This document shows, in pieces, positions 1 through 10,110 of a stretch of DNA of 40,918 bases (positions are counted from its first letter, which is position 1; each line of letters begins with the position of its first letter). The stretch spans positions 1 through 40,918 of the forward strand of contig JAOZLS010000002.1 of assembly GCA_029934705.1 (NCBI GenBank). The letters run 5' to 3'. Below the pieces are notes generated by a model that saw only the letters and a list, made by a program, of their open reading frames with translations, did not search any database and had not been told where the DNA came from. The position numbers and the translations under genes were made by a program. This stretch comes from Bacteroidales bacterium. Its GTDB lineage: Bacteria > Bacteroidota > Bacteroidia > Bacteroidales > JAADGE01.

Positions 1-18
1 ATAAAATTATACAATAAT

Positions 19-160
19 GAGTCCACTCCGAAAAGTCATTATACCCCTAAATCCCCTAAAGGGGACTTTGAGAACTATCTGGTTTTTAAAGCTTTCCCTT
101 CAGGGATTAAGGGTAAAAAAGCTTTAAAAATCAGATAGTTCGACTTTTCGGAGTAGTCTC
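19..160. repeat. Nested inverted-repeat (palindromic) intergenic element, possibly a structured RNA or MITE-like unit
   Basis: Outer arms 19-37 GAGTCCACTCCGAAAAGTC and 142-160 GACTTTTCGGAGTAGTCTC pair at 17 of 19 positions. Inner arms 72-92 GAACTATCTGGTTTTTAAAGC and 121-141 GCTTTAAAAATCAGATAGTTC pair at 20 of 21 positions, and the mismatch would be a G:U pair in RNA. A side hairpin TCCCC-TAAA-GGGGA lies at 52-65. The element is G/C-rich compared with the surrounding AT-rich spacer. Confidence 0.6.
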
Positions 161-180
161 AATAATAAAAAACAAGAGTA

Positions 181-276
181 ATGAAAAAGAAAATGTGGAT
201 TCAAATATCTGCACCTATTATTGGTATAATAACTATTATTATTGTTATTATATTACCAACAATAATAATCAAATAA
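181..276 (+). CDS. Candidate 31-aa hydrophobic mini-protein (MKKKMWIQISAPIIGIITIIIVIILPTIIIK), speculative
   Basis: ATG at 181 and TAA at 274-276. It has a basic N-terminus, one uninterrupted hydrophobic stretch of about 22 residues, and a terminal Lys. It lies 20 nt downstream of the nested palindrome and is followed by a 12-bp inverted repeat (292-303 / 340-351). It is below the 60-aa cut-off of the ORF track. AT-rich DNA readily produces Ile-rich ORFs, so coding status is unproven. Confidence 0.2.
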   Translation: MKKKMWIQISAPIIGIITIIIVIILPTIIIK

Positions 277-646
277 AAAACACCGCAGAGGCTTAATGCT
301 TTTAACAAGAGTTTGAACCAAATAGAAAAAAAAGCATTAAGTATAAGCTCAGGCTATGCTGTACAAGAAATGACAGACTCGGCATATCGCAAAGAAAATC
401 GATAATACTAAATTACTAAACAACAATAAATATATTAGGGTTACCCATTTAGTTCTAAAAATACTGATTAATACCAAATAAATTATTTTTAATTGATAAA
501 AAAAACTAGCAATTTATTGAAAAAAAAAAAAACGATAATCTCTTCACTTTTTGCAAATTTTTCAATACTTTCGTAGCGAACTGTTCGGCATTTCATATTT
601 TAGGCTCACACACGCAGCCAAGAAGTTACCGATAAACAACCAACAA

Positions 647-3640
647 ATGAAACAAATAAAATTTATTATTGCAATATTAATAACAGTTTCTATATTAACT
701 GAATTAAATGCTCAAACAAACGAGATTGACAGCCTCGAGAACTTATTGTTACAACATACAAGCAATGATACAGCAAAAGCAAGTTTACTAAACAAAACTG
801 CATCAAAACTACTTCGTATAGATAATGATAAAGCATTGAAATATGCCAATGAAAGTTATAACATTGCCAATAAGTTTGATTTTGCAAAAGCAAAAGCTAA
901 AAGTTCGTTTATAATTGGCTTATACTGGCATATTAATTCTAATTTCCCAAAAGCCATAAGTAATTACCAAGAATCTTTAAGCGTTTACACAAAACTAGGT
1001 GATAAAAAGCAAATTTCAGTTTGCTTGAATAATATTGGCTTAATTTACCAGACAAACAGTACTTATTATCAGGCACTTGAGTACTTACTAAAATCACTAA
1101 AAATCCAGGAAGAGCTTGGCAATAAAACAGTAATCTCAGCCTGTTTAAATAATATAGGTATAATACACAAAGAACAAGGCAATTACAAACTTGCCCTTAA
1201 ATATTTCGAAAAATCGTTAAACGTAAATAAGGGAATTAATAATAAATACGGTATTTTAAGAAATTTATTTAATATTGGCAAAATACACAAAAAACAAGGC
1301 AATTATCAACAGGCCATTAAATATTATGAAAACTCGTTAAATATTGCACAAGAATTAAACGACAAAGAAGGTGTTTCAATGAATATACATTATATCGGCG
1401 AAATTTACCTATTACAAGAAAAATATAAACAAGCCCTTGATAAATTTCAGGAATCATTAAAAATAAAAGAAAAGATTGGTGATAAAGAATTAAATTGCTC
1501 ATCGCTATTTTCTATTGGCACAGTTTATCTGAAAACAAAAAACTATAGCAAAGCATTGAGTTATACAGAACAAAGCCTTGAAATTGCAGAAAAACATAAA
1601 CTATTAAATAATCAAAAAGAAATACACAAACAACTTTCCCAAATTTATATTGCTACAAAAAAATATAAACAAGCATATCAAGAAAATGTTTTACACCATA
1701 AATTAAACGACAGCATATTTAATGCACAAAACATAAAAAAAATAACAAGTTTAGAATTAAAATACAAATTTGAAAAAGAAAAAAAGATTACAGAATTGCA
1801 ACAACAAAGAAAAGAAGCTATTTATACCGAAAAACTAAAACGACAAAAAAATATAACAAACATATTTTTTATGGCACTTTTTATTGCTAGTATAATAATT
1901 TTTCTAATCTATCGGTTATATCATGTTAAAAATAAAACGAATATTTTACTTGTAAAAAAGAACGACGAAATTTCGTTACATACAAATTTAATATCTGAAC
2001 AAAAATCAGAAATCCAAGTTCAGGCAGATAAGTTACTAGAACATAAAAACCATCTTGAAAAAACAGTAAAACAAAGAACGTCTGAATTACATGCTGAAAA
2101 AGAAAAGCTTGAAGAAAGCGAAGAACGATTTAGGGCAATTGCAGAACAAGCAAGCGAGGGAATTGCCCTTACCAATTTAAAAGGAAATTATGTGTTTGTT
2201 AATTCTGCGTTCAGTAAAATGACTGGATATTCAGAAGCCGAACTATTAAAACTGACCATTTCTGATATGTATAAAAAGCACGAAAACATTGAAATAAATT
2301 CAAGCATGTTTGGTAAGCCTTTGGAATTTATCATAAAACGTAAAAACAATTCAACATTTCCAATTTTAATAACTGTTAATACAATACAAATTGCTAATAA
2401 AAAATTGCTTTTGGGAATGATAACTGACATTAGTGAGCAGAAGGAAACAGAAAAAAAACTACAAAAACAAAATAAAGAACTAAATATTGCCAAAGAAAAA
2501 GCAGAAGAAAGCGACCAATTAAAGACTGAATTTATTCATAATATGTCGCACGAAATAAGAACACCTTTAAATGGAATTCTCGGTTTTTCACAAATACTTG
2601 GTAATGCAGACAATTCTGAAAAAAAGAGAAAACAATATATTGAAATAATTCAAAGTAGCGGAAATCAATTATTACAAATTATTGACGATATTTTAGAAAT
2701 TTCTCAACTAGAAACAAAACAGGTGAAAATATCAGAAAAAGAAATTTGCTTAAATGATTTATTATTAGAACTCTTCTCAATTTTTGACATAAAAGCAAAA
2801 GAAAACAAAACACCTTTATACCTAAAAAAAGGACTTCCAGATAAAGAGTGTCGTATATTGACAGATGACAAAAAATTATATAACATTTTAAGCATTTTAC
2901 TTAAAAATGCACTGAAGTTTACGAATACAGGATTTATTGAGTTTGGTTATAAGCTCACACACACCAGCGTAAATCAACTAGAAATCTATGTTAAAGACAC
3001 AGGAATAGGAATAAGCCCTAGAAGTCAGGAGATAATATTTAAAAAGTTTTCGCAAGAAGAAAAAAGTTTATCAAGAAATGTTGGTGGACTTGGATTAGGA
3101 TTATCAATAGCCAAAGAAAACACTAAATTACTTGGCGGTAAAATTACACTTGAATCAGAAAAAGGGAAAGGTACTACTTTTTATGTTACAATTCCTTATA
3201 AACCAGTCGATACAGATACAATAAATAACATTTCAAGCAAAGAAAAACTAACAGAAAAACAAGACAAATATACAATTCTGCTCGTAGAAGACGAAGAAGT
3301 AAATCATCTGTATATTGAAACATTAATTGAAAATGAAATAGAAATAGATTGTAATACAATACATGCAAAACATGGAAAAGAGGCCGTTAAGATCTGTAGG
3401 GAAAATCCTGAAATCAATCTTATTTTAATGGACTTAAAAATGCCAATTATGAATGGTTTTGAAGCAACAAAATTAATCAGAAAATTTAGACCAAACTTAC
3501 CAATAATTGCACAAACAGCATATTCTACAAGCGAGGAGAAAGAACAAGCATTATCAATCGGTTGCGATGATTTTATTTCAAAACCGATAAGCGAAAAAAC
3601 TTTAAACGAAATAATTATTAAATACTTACCTGTAGTTTAG
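647..3640 (+). CDS. Hybrid sensor histidine kinase / response regulator with an N-terminal TPR sensor region
   Basis: An ATG at 647 gives MKQIKFIIAILITVSILTELNAQ, which looks like a signal or anchor sequence. About 350 aa of TPR-like repeats follow (recurring NNIGxIY..QGNY..A..Y.E.SL). Then come a TM segment (IFFMALFIASIIIFLIY), a coiled coil, a PAS-like region, an H-box (HEIRTPLNGI), the N/G boxes of HATPase_c (GLGLGLSI, GKGTTF) and a receiver domain (LLVEDEEVN...MDLKMPIMNG). The track ORF begins at a TTG at 551, but the ATG at 647 fits the signal peptide better. Confidence 0.9.
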   Translation: MKQIKFIIAILITVSILTELNAQTNEIDSLENLLLQHTSNDTAKASLLNKTASKLLRIDNDKALKYANESYNIANKFDFAKAKAKSSFIIGLYWHINSNFPKAISNYQESLSVYTKLGDKKQISVCLNNIGLIYQTNSTYYQALEYLLKSLKIQEELGNKTVISACLNNIGIIHKEQGNYKLALKYFEKSLNVNKGINNKYGILRNLFNIGKIHKKQGNYQQAIKYYENSLNIAQELNDKEGVSMNIHYIGEIYLLQEKYKQALDKFQESLKIKEKIGDKELNCSSLFSIGTVYLKTKNYSKALSYTEQSLEIAEKHKLLNNQKEIHKQLSQIYIATKKYKQAYQENVLHHKLNDSIFNAQNIKKITSLELKYKFEKEKKITELQQQRKEAIYTEKLKRQKNITNIFFMALFIASIIIFLIYRLYHVKNKTNILLVKKNDEISLHTNLISEQKSEIQVQADKLLEHKNHLEKTVKQRTSELHAEKEKLEESEERFRAIAEQASEGIALTNLKGNYVFVNSAFSKMTGYSEAELLKLTISDMYKKHENIEINSSMFGKPLEFIIKRKNNSTFPILITVNTIQIANKKLLLGMITDISEQKETEKKLQKQNKELNIAKEKAEESDQLKTEFIHNMSHEIRTPLNGILGFSQILGNADNSEKKRKQYIEIIQSSGNQLLQIIDDILEISQLETKQVKISEKEICLNDLLLELFSIFDIKAKENKTPLYLKKGLPDKECRILTDDKKLYNILSILLKNALKFTNTGFIEFGYKLTHTSVNQLEIYVKDTGIGISPRSQEIIFKKFSQEEKSLSRNVGGLGLGLSIAKENTKLLGGKITLESEKGKGTTFYVTIPYKPVDTDTINNISSKEKLTEKQDKYTILLVEDEEVNHLYIETLIENEIEIDCNTIHAKHGKEAVKICRENPEINLILMDLKMPIMNGFEATKLIRKFRPNLPIIAQTAYSTSEEKEQALSIGCDDFISKPISEKTLNEIIIKYLPVV

Positions 3641-3917
3641 TATAAATTGAGTAATTAGACCAATTTAATATCAAAATTGCCTAAATAAATAATGATATTT
3701 TTGTTTTATAATCTTCAAATCCTAAGCATAGCCTGTGTTACGGTTAATGTTTTTAAGTAATATTCTGGAACGACAGTTTTCGACCTAACGAAAAAAAATA
3801 GATGATTTATCGGTAGTTTTGATGTATTATTTTTATATCCTAAGGAACGAAAATTTAATAACTTATTTAATGTTCATTGCTAAAATGCTCTATTCCCAAA
3901 ATGGCTTGATAAGTAAA

Positions 3918-3979
3918 AATGGTGCTAGTTGAGGGTTTGTTACTCATAATTGGTATAACAACCCTCAACTAGCACCATT
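3918..3979 (-). terminator. Rho-independent terminator candidate downstream of the mutase genes
   Basis: A perfect 20-bp stem AATGGTGCTAGTTGAGGGTT (3918-3937) pairs with AACCCTCAACTAGCACCATT (3960-3979) around a 22-nt loop. On the minus strand the stem is followed by ATTTTTACTT. It lies 54 nt past the mutB stop at 4033. Confidence 0.6.
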
Positions 3980-4032
3980 GCACAGTCTTGACTTAACAAA
4001 TCACACTATTCGGAAAAGAACCTAAAACACTA

Positions 4033-6159
4033 TTATTCGTCCATTAATATTTCTAAAATTTTAATAGCAGCTTCCGAAACCGAGCTACCTGGACCAAAAA
4101 TACCAACAACTCCTGCATCGTATAAATATTGGTAGTCTTGATGAGGAATAACGCCTCCTACAATTACCATAATATCTTCTCGTCCATGTTTTTTTAATTC
4201 TGCCATAACTTGCGGAACTAAGGTTTTATGTCCTGCTGCTAAGCTAGATACTCCTAAAATATGAACATCGTTTTCAATTGCTTGTTTTGCGGCTTCGGCA
4301 GGTGTCTGAAATAATGGTCCCATGTCAACATCAAACCCTATATCAGCATAGCCTGTTGCTACTACTTTTGCTCCCCTATCGTGTCCATCTTGCCCCATTT
4401 TTGCAATCATAATTCTAGGGTGTCTTCCTTCTTTTTCAGCAAAGCGTTTTGTTAATTCTTTTGCTTTTTCAAACGACATATTATTTTGCGATTCTGATGA
4501 ATAAATTCCTGATATAGACCGAATAACAGCTTTATACCGACCTGCAACATCTTCTATTGCTGAAGAAATTTCACCTAAGCTTGCTCTTTTCATTGCAGCA
4601 TCAACTGATAATTCTAACAAATTTCCTTTTCCTGTTTTCATCGACTCAGTAATTGCTTTTAATGCTTCTTGTACTTCGTCATTATTTCTTTCCGCTTTTA
4701 GTTTTTTTAATCTTACTATCTGCGATTTTCTTACAGCTGTATTATCAACTTCTAAAATATCAATTGGAGCTTCTTTGTCAAGCTTATATTTATTAACACC
4801 AACAATAACATCTTTACCTGAATCTATACGGGCTTGCGTCCTTGCCGATGCTTCTTCAATTCTCATTTTAGGAATTCCTGTTTCAATGGCTTTTGCCATT
4901 CCTCCAAGCTTTTCTACTTCTTCAATTAATTCCCAAGCTTTTTGTGCAATTTCGTGAGTTAATTTTTCAACATGGTACGAGCCTGCCCAAGGGTCAACGG
5001 TTTTTGTTATGCCTGTTTCTTCTTGTAAAAATATTTGTGTGTTACGTGCAATTCTTGCCGAAAAATCGGTTGGTAGTGCTATTGCTTCGTCTAGTGCATT
5101 GGTATGAAGTGATTGTGTATGCCCTAGTACTGCTGCGGTTGCTTCAACACATGTTCTTGCTATATTATTGTATGGGTCTTGCTCTGTTAAACTCCAGCCC
5201 GAAGTTTGCGAGTGGGTTCTAAGTGCCATTGACTTAGGATTTTTAGGGTTGAATTTTTTTACAATTTTTGCCCAAAGCATACGTGCAGCACGCATTTTTG
5301 CAATTTCTGTAAAATGGTTCATCCCTATTGCCCAAAAGAATGATAGCCTTGGGGCAAATGAATCAATATCCATTCCTGCATTTACACCTGTTCGTAAATA
5401 CTCTAATCCATCGGCTAATGTATAAGCTAACTCAATATCAGCCGTAGCTCCTGCCTCTTGCATGTGATAGCCCGATATACTTATTGAATTAAATTTAGGC
5501 ATTTTTTTTGAAGTATATTCAAAAATGTCTGCAATAATTCGCATCGATGGTAATGGCGGATAAATATATGTATTACGAACCATAAACTCTTTAAGAATAT
5601 CGTTCTGAATTGTTCCACTTAGCTGCTCAAGTGTTGCTCCTTGCTCCAATCCTGCTGCAATATAAAATGCAAGTATTGGCAACACAGCTCCATTCATTGT
5701 CATTGAAACCGACATTTTATCTAAAGGAATTTGGTCGAAAAGTATTTTCATATCTAAAATACTATCAATTGCAACGCCAGCTTTTCCTACATCGCCCATT
5801 ACTCTTTCGTGATCAGAATCGTAGCCTCTATGTGTTGCTAAATCAAATGCAACTGATAATCCTTTTTGACCAGCTGCCAAATTTCTTCTATAAAAAGCAT
5901 TTGACTCTTCGGCTGTTGAGAAACCTGCATATTGGCGAATTGTCCATGGTCGCATAACATACATTGTAGAGTATGGTCCACGTAAGTAAGGAGGAAGTCC
6001 TGCCGAATAATTCAAATGTTCCATTCCTTCCAAAACATCTTTTGTATAGAATGAATTAAGTTCTATTTGTTCTTGTGTAGTGAATTTTTCTCCAGTTTTA
6101 GCAGATTTTTCACTTTTTGTAATTGATTTAATATCAATTTTTGAGAAATCAGGTCTCAT
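4033..6159 (-). CDS. mutB: Methylmalonyl-CoA mutase, large (catalytic, B12-binding) subunit
   Basis: 708 aa. It carries the canonical N-terminal mutase barrel motifs ([50 protein letters not shown]) and the C-terminal B12-binding motif ([14 protein letters not shown]). Confidence 0.95.
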   Translation of the reverse strand: MRPDFSKIDIKSITKSEKSAKTGEKFTTQEQIELNSFYTKDVLEGMEHLNYSAGLPPYLRGPYSTMYVMRPWTIRQYAGFSTAEESNAFYRRNLAAGQKGLSVAFDLATHRGYDSDHERVMGDVGKAGVAIDSILDMKILFDQIPLDKMSVSMTMNGAVLPILAFYIAAGLEQGATLEQLSGTIQNDILKEFMVRNTYIYPPLPSMRIIADIFEYTSKKMPKFNSISISGYHMQEAGATADIELAYTLADGLEYLRTGVNAGMDIDSFAPRLSFFWAIGMNHFTEIAKMRAARMLWAKIVKKFNPKNPKSMALRTHSQTSGWSLTEQDPYNNIARTCVEATAAVLGHTQSLHTNALDEAIALPTDFSARIARNTQIFLQEETGITKTVDPWAGSYHVEKLTHEIAQKAWELIEEVEKLGGMAKAIETGIPKMRIEEASARTQARIDSGKDVIVGVNKYKLDKEAPIDILEVDNTAVRKSQIVRLKKLKAERNNDEVQEALKAITESMKTGKGNLLELSVDAAMKRASLGEISSAIEDVAGRYKAVIRSISGIYSSESQNNMSFEKAKELTKRFAEKEGRHPRIMIAKMGQDGHDRGAKVVATGYADIGFDVDMGPLFQTPAEAAKQAIENDVHILGVSSLAAGHKTLVPQVMAELKKHGREDIMVIVGGVIPHQDYQYLYDAGVVGIFGPGSSVSEAAIKILEILMDE

Positions 6160-6218
6160 ATATTTTATTTTTTAATATTCTATTTTAAACTACTTTTGTA
6201 ATTCTCTTTCGCCTTAAT

Positions 6219-8078
6219 TTATTTTAATTTAGAATGAAAGCTATTAAGTGTTGAAAGTATATTTGTTTTAACATGAATAAAGTTGTTTATTCCTTTGTTT
6301 TCAAAATCTTCAATTAAATTCTTAGGATAACCTGCAACTACAAAAATCGTTTTGTCTTTTAGCATTTCAAAAGCAGTAGGTGCTATTTGTTCATACTCAT
6401 CGTCGGAACTACAAATAACAGTAATGTCGGCATTCTCTTTTATAGCAATTTCGCTTGCTTTTTCAATTGAAGAGAATTCTGTATTTTCAATTATTTGATA
6501 ACCTGCATTTGCAAAAAAGTTAGTTGCAAAGGTAGCACGAGCCTTTCTCATTGCTATATTTCCATAAGTAAGCAGAAAAACTTTGGGCTTTTTAGCTAAT
6601 TTTTCAGTTTCAAATCTTAATTCTTCAAACTTTAATGCACCTCGTTTAAATCTCAATGGTTTTATGTCCGAATTATCATTTATAGGAATGCCTTTTTTGT
6701 AATAAATGTCATCATCAATTGTTTCCAAAACATTTTCAGAGGCATCTGCATATTGATTTGTTCCTAAAAGTATTTCTTTACGTAATGCAATGTTATTCTC
6801 TCTTTTTAAGAGTGTTTCATTTATTATATCTTGAATTATTCCTTTTTTTAGAGCTTCAAAATATCCTTTTTCTTTTTCAATCTCTAAAAATAACGATAAA
6901 GCATTTTCGGCAATTGAATTTGTTAAGTTTTCAATATAGTATGAACCAGCAGATGGGTCAATTGTTTTATCAAATTTTGCTTCTTCTTTTAAAATTATTG
7001 GAATGTTTCGAGCAATTCGTTCTGAGAACTCATCTGTAGCTTTGTATGATGAATCGTAAGGTTTTGCTGTTATAGAATTACTTCCTCCAATTATGGCCGA
7101 CATTGTTTCTGTTGTAGCACGTAAAACATTTACAAAAGGATCGTAAGCTGTTTTGTTAAAACCGCTTGTTATGGAGTGAATGAAAACATCTGAGTGATTT
7201 GTATTATCATTATTCCACATTTCTAATGTTTTTGAAAACAGTAGTCTTGTTGCTCTAATTTTTGCAATTTCGATAAAATAATTAGCACCAATGCCTAGTG
7301 TAAGCATTATGTTTTTTATAAGCATTTGTGGTTTTAATCCACGTTTTGCCATTTCGGATAAACATTCTGTAACATTATTAAGTACAAACGCAACTTCTTG
7401 AACTGCCGAAGAACCCGCATTTCTATAAAATAGTCCGTTTATATTTAGTATTTTAATTTCAGAATAGTTTTCGTTTACTAAATTAAACATCTCAAAAAGC
7501 ATATCTATATCTGTTGATTTTTTTTTGCTATAAAAATCGCCAGAAATTGTTTTAAAACCGAAAGGATCAAAGCTGAAAGATGCTTTTACTTTATTTTTTT
7601 GTAATTTATTTTCTTCTATATAATCAAGCAAATATTTTAATGTAATTAGTGAGTGTTCGCCTGAATAAAAATTAATTCGTATTTTTTCTAGGTCGATATT
7701 TTTTAAAAGACTAAAAAAGCCAGTTTTAGAAATATCTTCTTTCATACAAATTATGAAACCTATTGAATTTACACCTTTTGAAATAATTTCAATTGACTTT
7801 TCAGCAGCTTCTTCATAGCCTCCAACAAAAATATCTTGTCTTATTTCGTAGTTATTAAATTCTGTTTTTGAACCTCTTGTAAAAGGAAACTCTCCTGGAC
7901 TAGATTCTAAATATTCTAAACCTTCAAGGTCTTCGATTCTGTAATAAGGCTTAATATTAATATTTTCCATGGTTTTGGTTATGAGTTTTTTCTCATAGTC
8001 GCCCCCTTTTAGGTCTTTTAGTATTAGCTGCTCCCATTCTTTAGTACTAGTGGGTTTAAAATCTTCAAAAAGTTTCAT
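6219..8078 (-). CDS. mutA: Methylmalonyl-CoA mutase, small (beta) subunit
   Basis: 619 aa, immediately upstream of mutB with a 59-nt gap on the same strand. It has a mutase-like fold signature (FPFTRG, IAKIRATRLLF, RIARNIPIILKEE) but lacks the DxHxxG cobalamin ligand motif in its C-terminal domain, as expected for the beta subunit. Confidence 0.85.
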   Translation of the reverse strand: MKLFEDFKPTSTKEWEQLILKDLKGGDYEKKLITKTMENINIKPYYRIEDLEGLEYLESSPGEFPFTRGSKTEFNNYEIRQDIFVGGYEEAAEKSIEIISKGVNSIGFIICMKEDISKTGFFSLLKNIDLEKIRINFYSGEHSLITLKYLLDYIEENKLQKNKVKASFSFDPFGFKTISGDFYSKKKSTDIDMLFEMFNLVNENYSEIKILNINGLFYRNAGSSAVQEVAFVLNNVTECLSEMAKRGLKPQMLIKNIMLTLGIGANYFIEIAKIRATRLLFSKTLEMWNNDNTNHSDVFIHSITSGFNKTAYDPFVNVLRATTETMSAIIGGSNSITAKPYDSSYKATDEFSERIARNIPIILKEEAKFDKTIDPSAGSYYIENLTNSIAENALSLFLEIEKEKGYFEALKKGIIQDIINETLLKRENNIALRKEILLGTNQYADASENVLETIDDDIYYKKGIPINDNSDIKPLRFKRGALKFEELRFETEKLAKKPKVFLLTYGNIAMRKARATFATNFFANAGYQIIENTEFSSIEKASEIAIKENADITVICSSDDEYEQIAPTAFEMLKDKTIFVVAGYPKNLIEDFENKGINNFIHVKTNILSTLNSFHSKLK

Positions 8079-8175
8079 GTGCTTATAAGTTATTTATATT
8101 TTGTACAAATCTACGGTTTATTAAATAAATATACATGATATTTATCAGAACAAAATATGTTATTAAAAAGTAAAA

Positions 8176-8219
8176 ATAAAAAAAACTCCTCTAAAATATT
8201 ATTAGAGGAGTTTTTTTTT
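8176..8219 (-). terminator. Bidirectional-type hairpin terminator downstream of glmS
   Basis: Stem CTCCTCTAA (8186-8194) pairs with TTAGAGGAG (8202-8210) around a 7-nt loop. An A-run flanks the left side and a T-run the right, so a U-tract follows the stem on either strand. It lies 17-25 nt past the glmS stop at 8236. Confidence 0.65.
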
Positions 8220-8235
8220 ATTTTTATTAGTATTA

Positions 8236-10071
8236 TTATTCTACAGTAACAGATTTTGCTAAGTTACGAGGTTGGTCAACATTACATCCTCTCATAACAG
8301 CTATATGATATGATAATAATTGTAATGGAACAACGCTTAATAATGTAGCAATTGCTTTGTGTGATTCTGGTACTTCAAGAACATGATCTGCCATATCTTT
8401 AATTACTGTATCGCCTTTAGTTACAACTGCTATAACAATTCCATTTCTAGCTTTTACTTCTTGTATGTTTGTTACTATTTTATCGTAAGATTCGTCTTTA
8501 GTTGCAATAACAACAACAGGCATATTTTCATCTATAAGAGCAATTGGTCCGTGTTTCATTTCAGCAGCAGGGTAGCCTTCTGCATGAATGTATGATATTT
8601 CTTTTAGTTTTAATGCTCCTTCTAGTGCTACTGGGAATAAGTAACCTCTACCTAAATACAAGAAATTTGCTTTGTCTTTATATAGTGCTGCTATTTTCTC
8701 AAATAAGTCGTCTTGTTTTAAAATTTCTTCAATTTTATTAGGAACATCAATAAGTTCTTCAATCATTTTGCCATATTGAGCATCAGTAATTGTTTTTCTT
8801 TCCTTACCTAAAATAGCGGCAAGCATAGTTAAAACAGTAACTTGTGCTGTAAAAGCTTTTGTTGATGCTACTCCAATTTCTGGACCTGCATGTGTATATA
8901 CTCCCGCATGCGTTTCACGAGGAATACTAGAGCCTACAACATTACAGACTCCAATAACTGTTGCTCCTGCTTCTTTTGCAATATTTATTGCAGCTAAAGT
9001 ATCTGCTGTTTCGCCACTTTGACTAATTGCAATTACAATATCATCTTTGTAAATTATAGGTTTTCGGTATCTAAATTCTGAGCCATATTCAACTTCAACA
9101 GGAATTCTTGCAAATTCTTCAATAAGGTATTCTCCAACAAGTCCTGCATGCCAAGATGTACCACAAGCTATAATAATAATACGTTTTGCATTAACTAATT
9201 TTGGTAGTACATCTAAAAGTCCTCCTAGTCTTACTTCAGATAAATCGGCAGCGATTCTTCCTCGGAAAGTATCGGAAATTGAACGAGGTTGTTCAAAAAT
9301 TTCTTTTAGCATAAAATGCTCATAGCCATTTTTTTCAATAGCACCAATATTCATTGTAAGTTTTTGAATATTCGGTTCTAGTTTATCGTTTTGAAGCGTT
9401 TTTAGTGTTAGTTCGTTCCTTTTAATAATTGCAACATTATCGTTATTAAGGTATATTACACTTTTTGTATATTCAATAATTGGTGTAGCATCTGATGCTA
9501 TAAAATATTCGCCATCACCAATTCCAATTACTAAAGGGCTTCCTTTTCTTGCTGCAATTAATTTGTCGGGTTCGTCTATAGCTATAATAACAATACCATA
9601 AGCACCTATAACTTTCGATAGTGCAAGCCTTACAGCTATTTCGGCACTCACTTTACCTTTTATGTATATATATTCAATTAAATTTGCAAGAACTTCGGTA
9701 TCCGTTTCACTTTTAAAAGTATAACCTCTAGTGATAAGACGTTGTTTTATTCTTGAGTAATTTTCGATAATACCATTGTGTATAACAATGAATTTTCCAT
9801 TTTCAGAAGCATGTGGATGGGCATTTTCGTTATTAGGTTCTCCATGTGTAGCCCAACGAGTATGACCAATCCCAACAGTTCCAGAAGTATTTCCGTCTCC
9901 AATAAATGCCTCTAAATCACTTACTTTCCCTTTTTGTTTATAAATATTAGTTTTTCCATTAGATATTGCAACTCCTGACGAGTCGTATCCTCTGTACTCT
10001 AGTCGTTTAAGTCCTTTTATAAGAATTGGGTATGCTTGTTTTGTTCCTATATATCCTACTATTCCACACAT
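8236..10071 (-). CDS. glmS: Glutamine--fructose-6-phosphate aminotransferase (isomerising)
   Basis: The Ntn-amidotransferase N-terminus MCGIVGYIG requires Cys2, so I place the start at the ATG at 10071 rather than the track start at 10110. Two SIS domains are present, and the canonical C-terminus is DQPRNLAKSVTVE. Confidence 0.95.
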   Translation of the reverse strand: MCGIVGYIGTKQAYPILIKGLKRLEYRGYDSSGVAISNGKTNIYKQKGKVSDLEAFIGDGNTSGTVGIGHTRWATHGEPNNENAHPHASENGKFIVIHNGIIENYSRIKQRLITRGYTFKSETDTEVLANLIEYIYIKGKVSAEIAVRLALSKVIGAYGIVIIAIDEPDKLIAARKGSPLVIGIGDGEYFIASDATPIIEYTKSVIYLNNDNVAIIKRNELTLKTLQNDKLEPNIQKLTMNIGAIEKNGYEHFMLKEIFEQPRSISDTFRGRIAADLSEVRLGGLLDVLPKLVNAKRIIIIACGTSWHAGLVGEYLIEEFARIPVEVEYGSEFRYRKPIIYKDDIVIAISQSGETADTLAAINIAKEAGATVIGVCNVVGSSIPRETHAGVYTHAGPEIGVASTKAFTAQVTVLTMLAAILGKERKTITDAQYGKMIEELIDVPNKIEEILKQDDLFEKIAALYKDKANFLYLGRGYLFPVALEGALKLKEISYIHAEGYPAAEMKHGPIALIDENMPVVVIATKDESYDKIVTNIQEVKARNGIVIAVVTKGDTVIKDMADHVLEVPESHKAIATLLSVVPLQLLSYHIAVMRGCNVDQPRNLAKSVTVE

Positions 10072-10110
10072 AATTTTAAGTTTTATTTTAGTATTTAAAA
10101 TAAAATGCAC

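Noticed and set aside
551-646. N-terminal extension of the hybrid kinase ORF from a TTG at 551
   Set aside because: The extension (MQIFQYFRSELFG...) precedes a clean signal-peptide-like N-terminus that begins at the ATG at 647. The upstream part looks like translated promoter or leader DNA.
4775-5957. Four plus-strand ORFs (60-115 aa) inside mutB
   Set aside because: They are shadow ORFs antisense to a gene with unambiguous full-length mutase motifs. Their products are low-complexity with no recognisable domains.
6719-7039. 106-aa plus-strand ORF inside mutA
   Set aside because: It is antisense to a well-supported gene. The product is Leu/Phe-rich and typical of the reverse frame of AT-rich coding DNA.
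10072-10110. 13-codon extension of glmS (MHFILNTKIKLKI-)
   Set aside because: GlmS is an Ntn amidotransferase and needs Cys as the first residue after Met removal. MCGIVG at 10071 is the canonical start.
10072-10110. Possible glmS ribozyme or riboswitch upstream of glmS
   Set aside because: Only 39 nt separate glmS from the preceding stop codon, and they are almost pure A/T. There is no room for the ~170-nt ribozyme, which is a Firmicutes-type feature.
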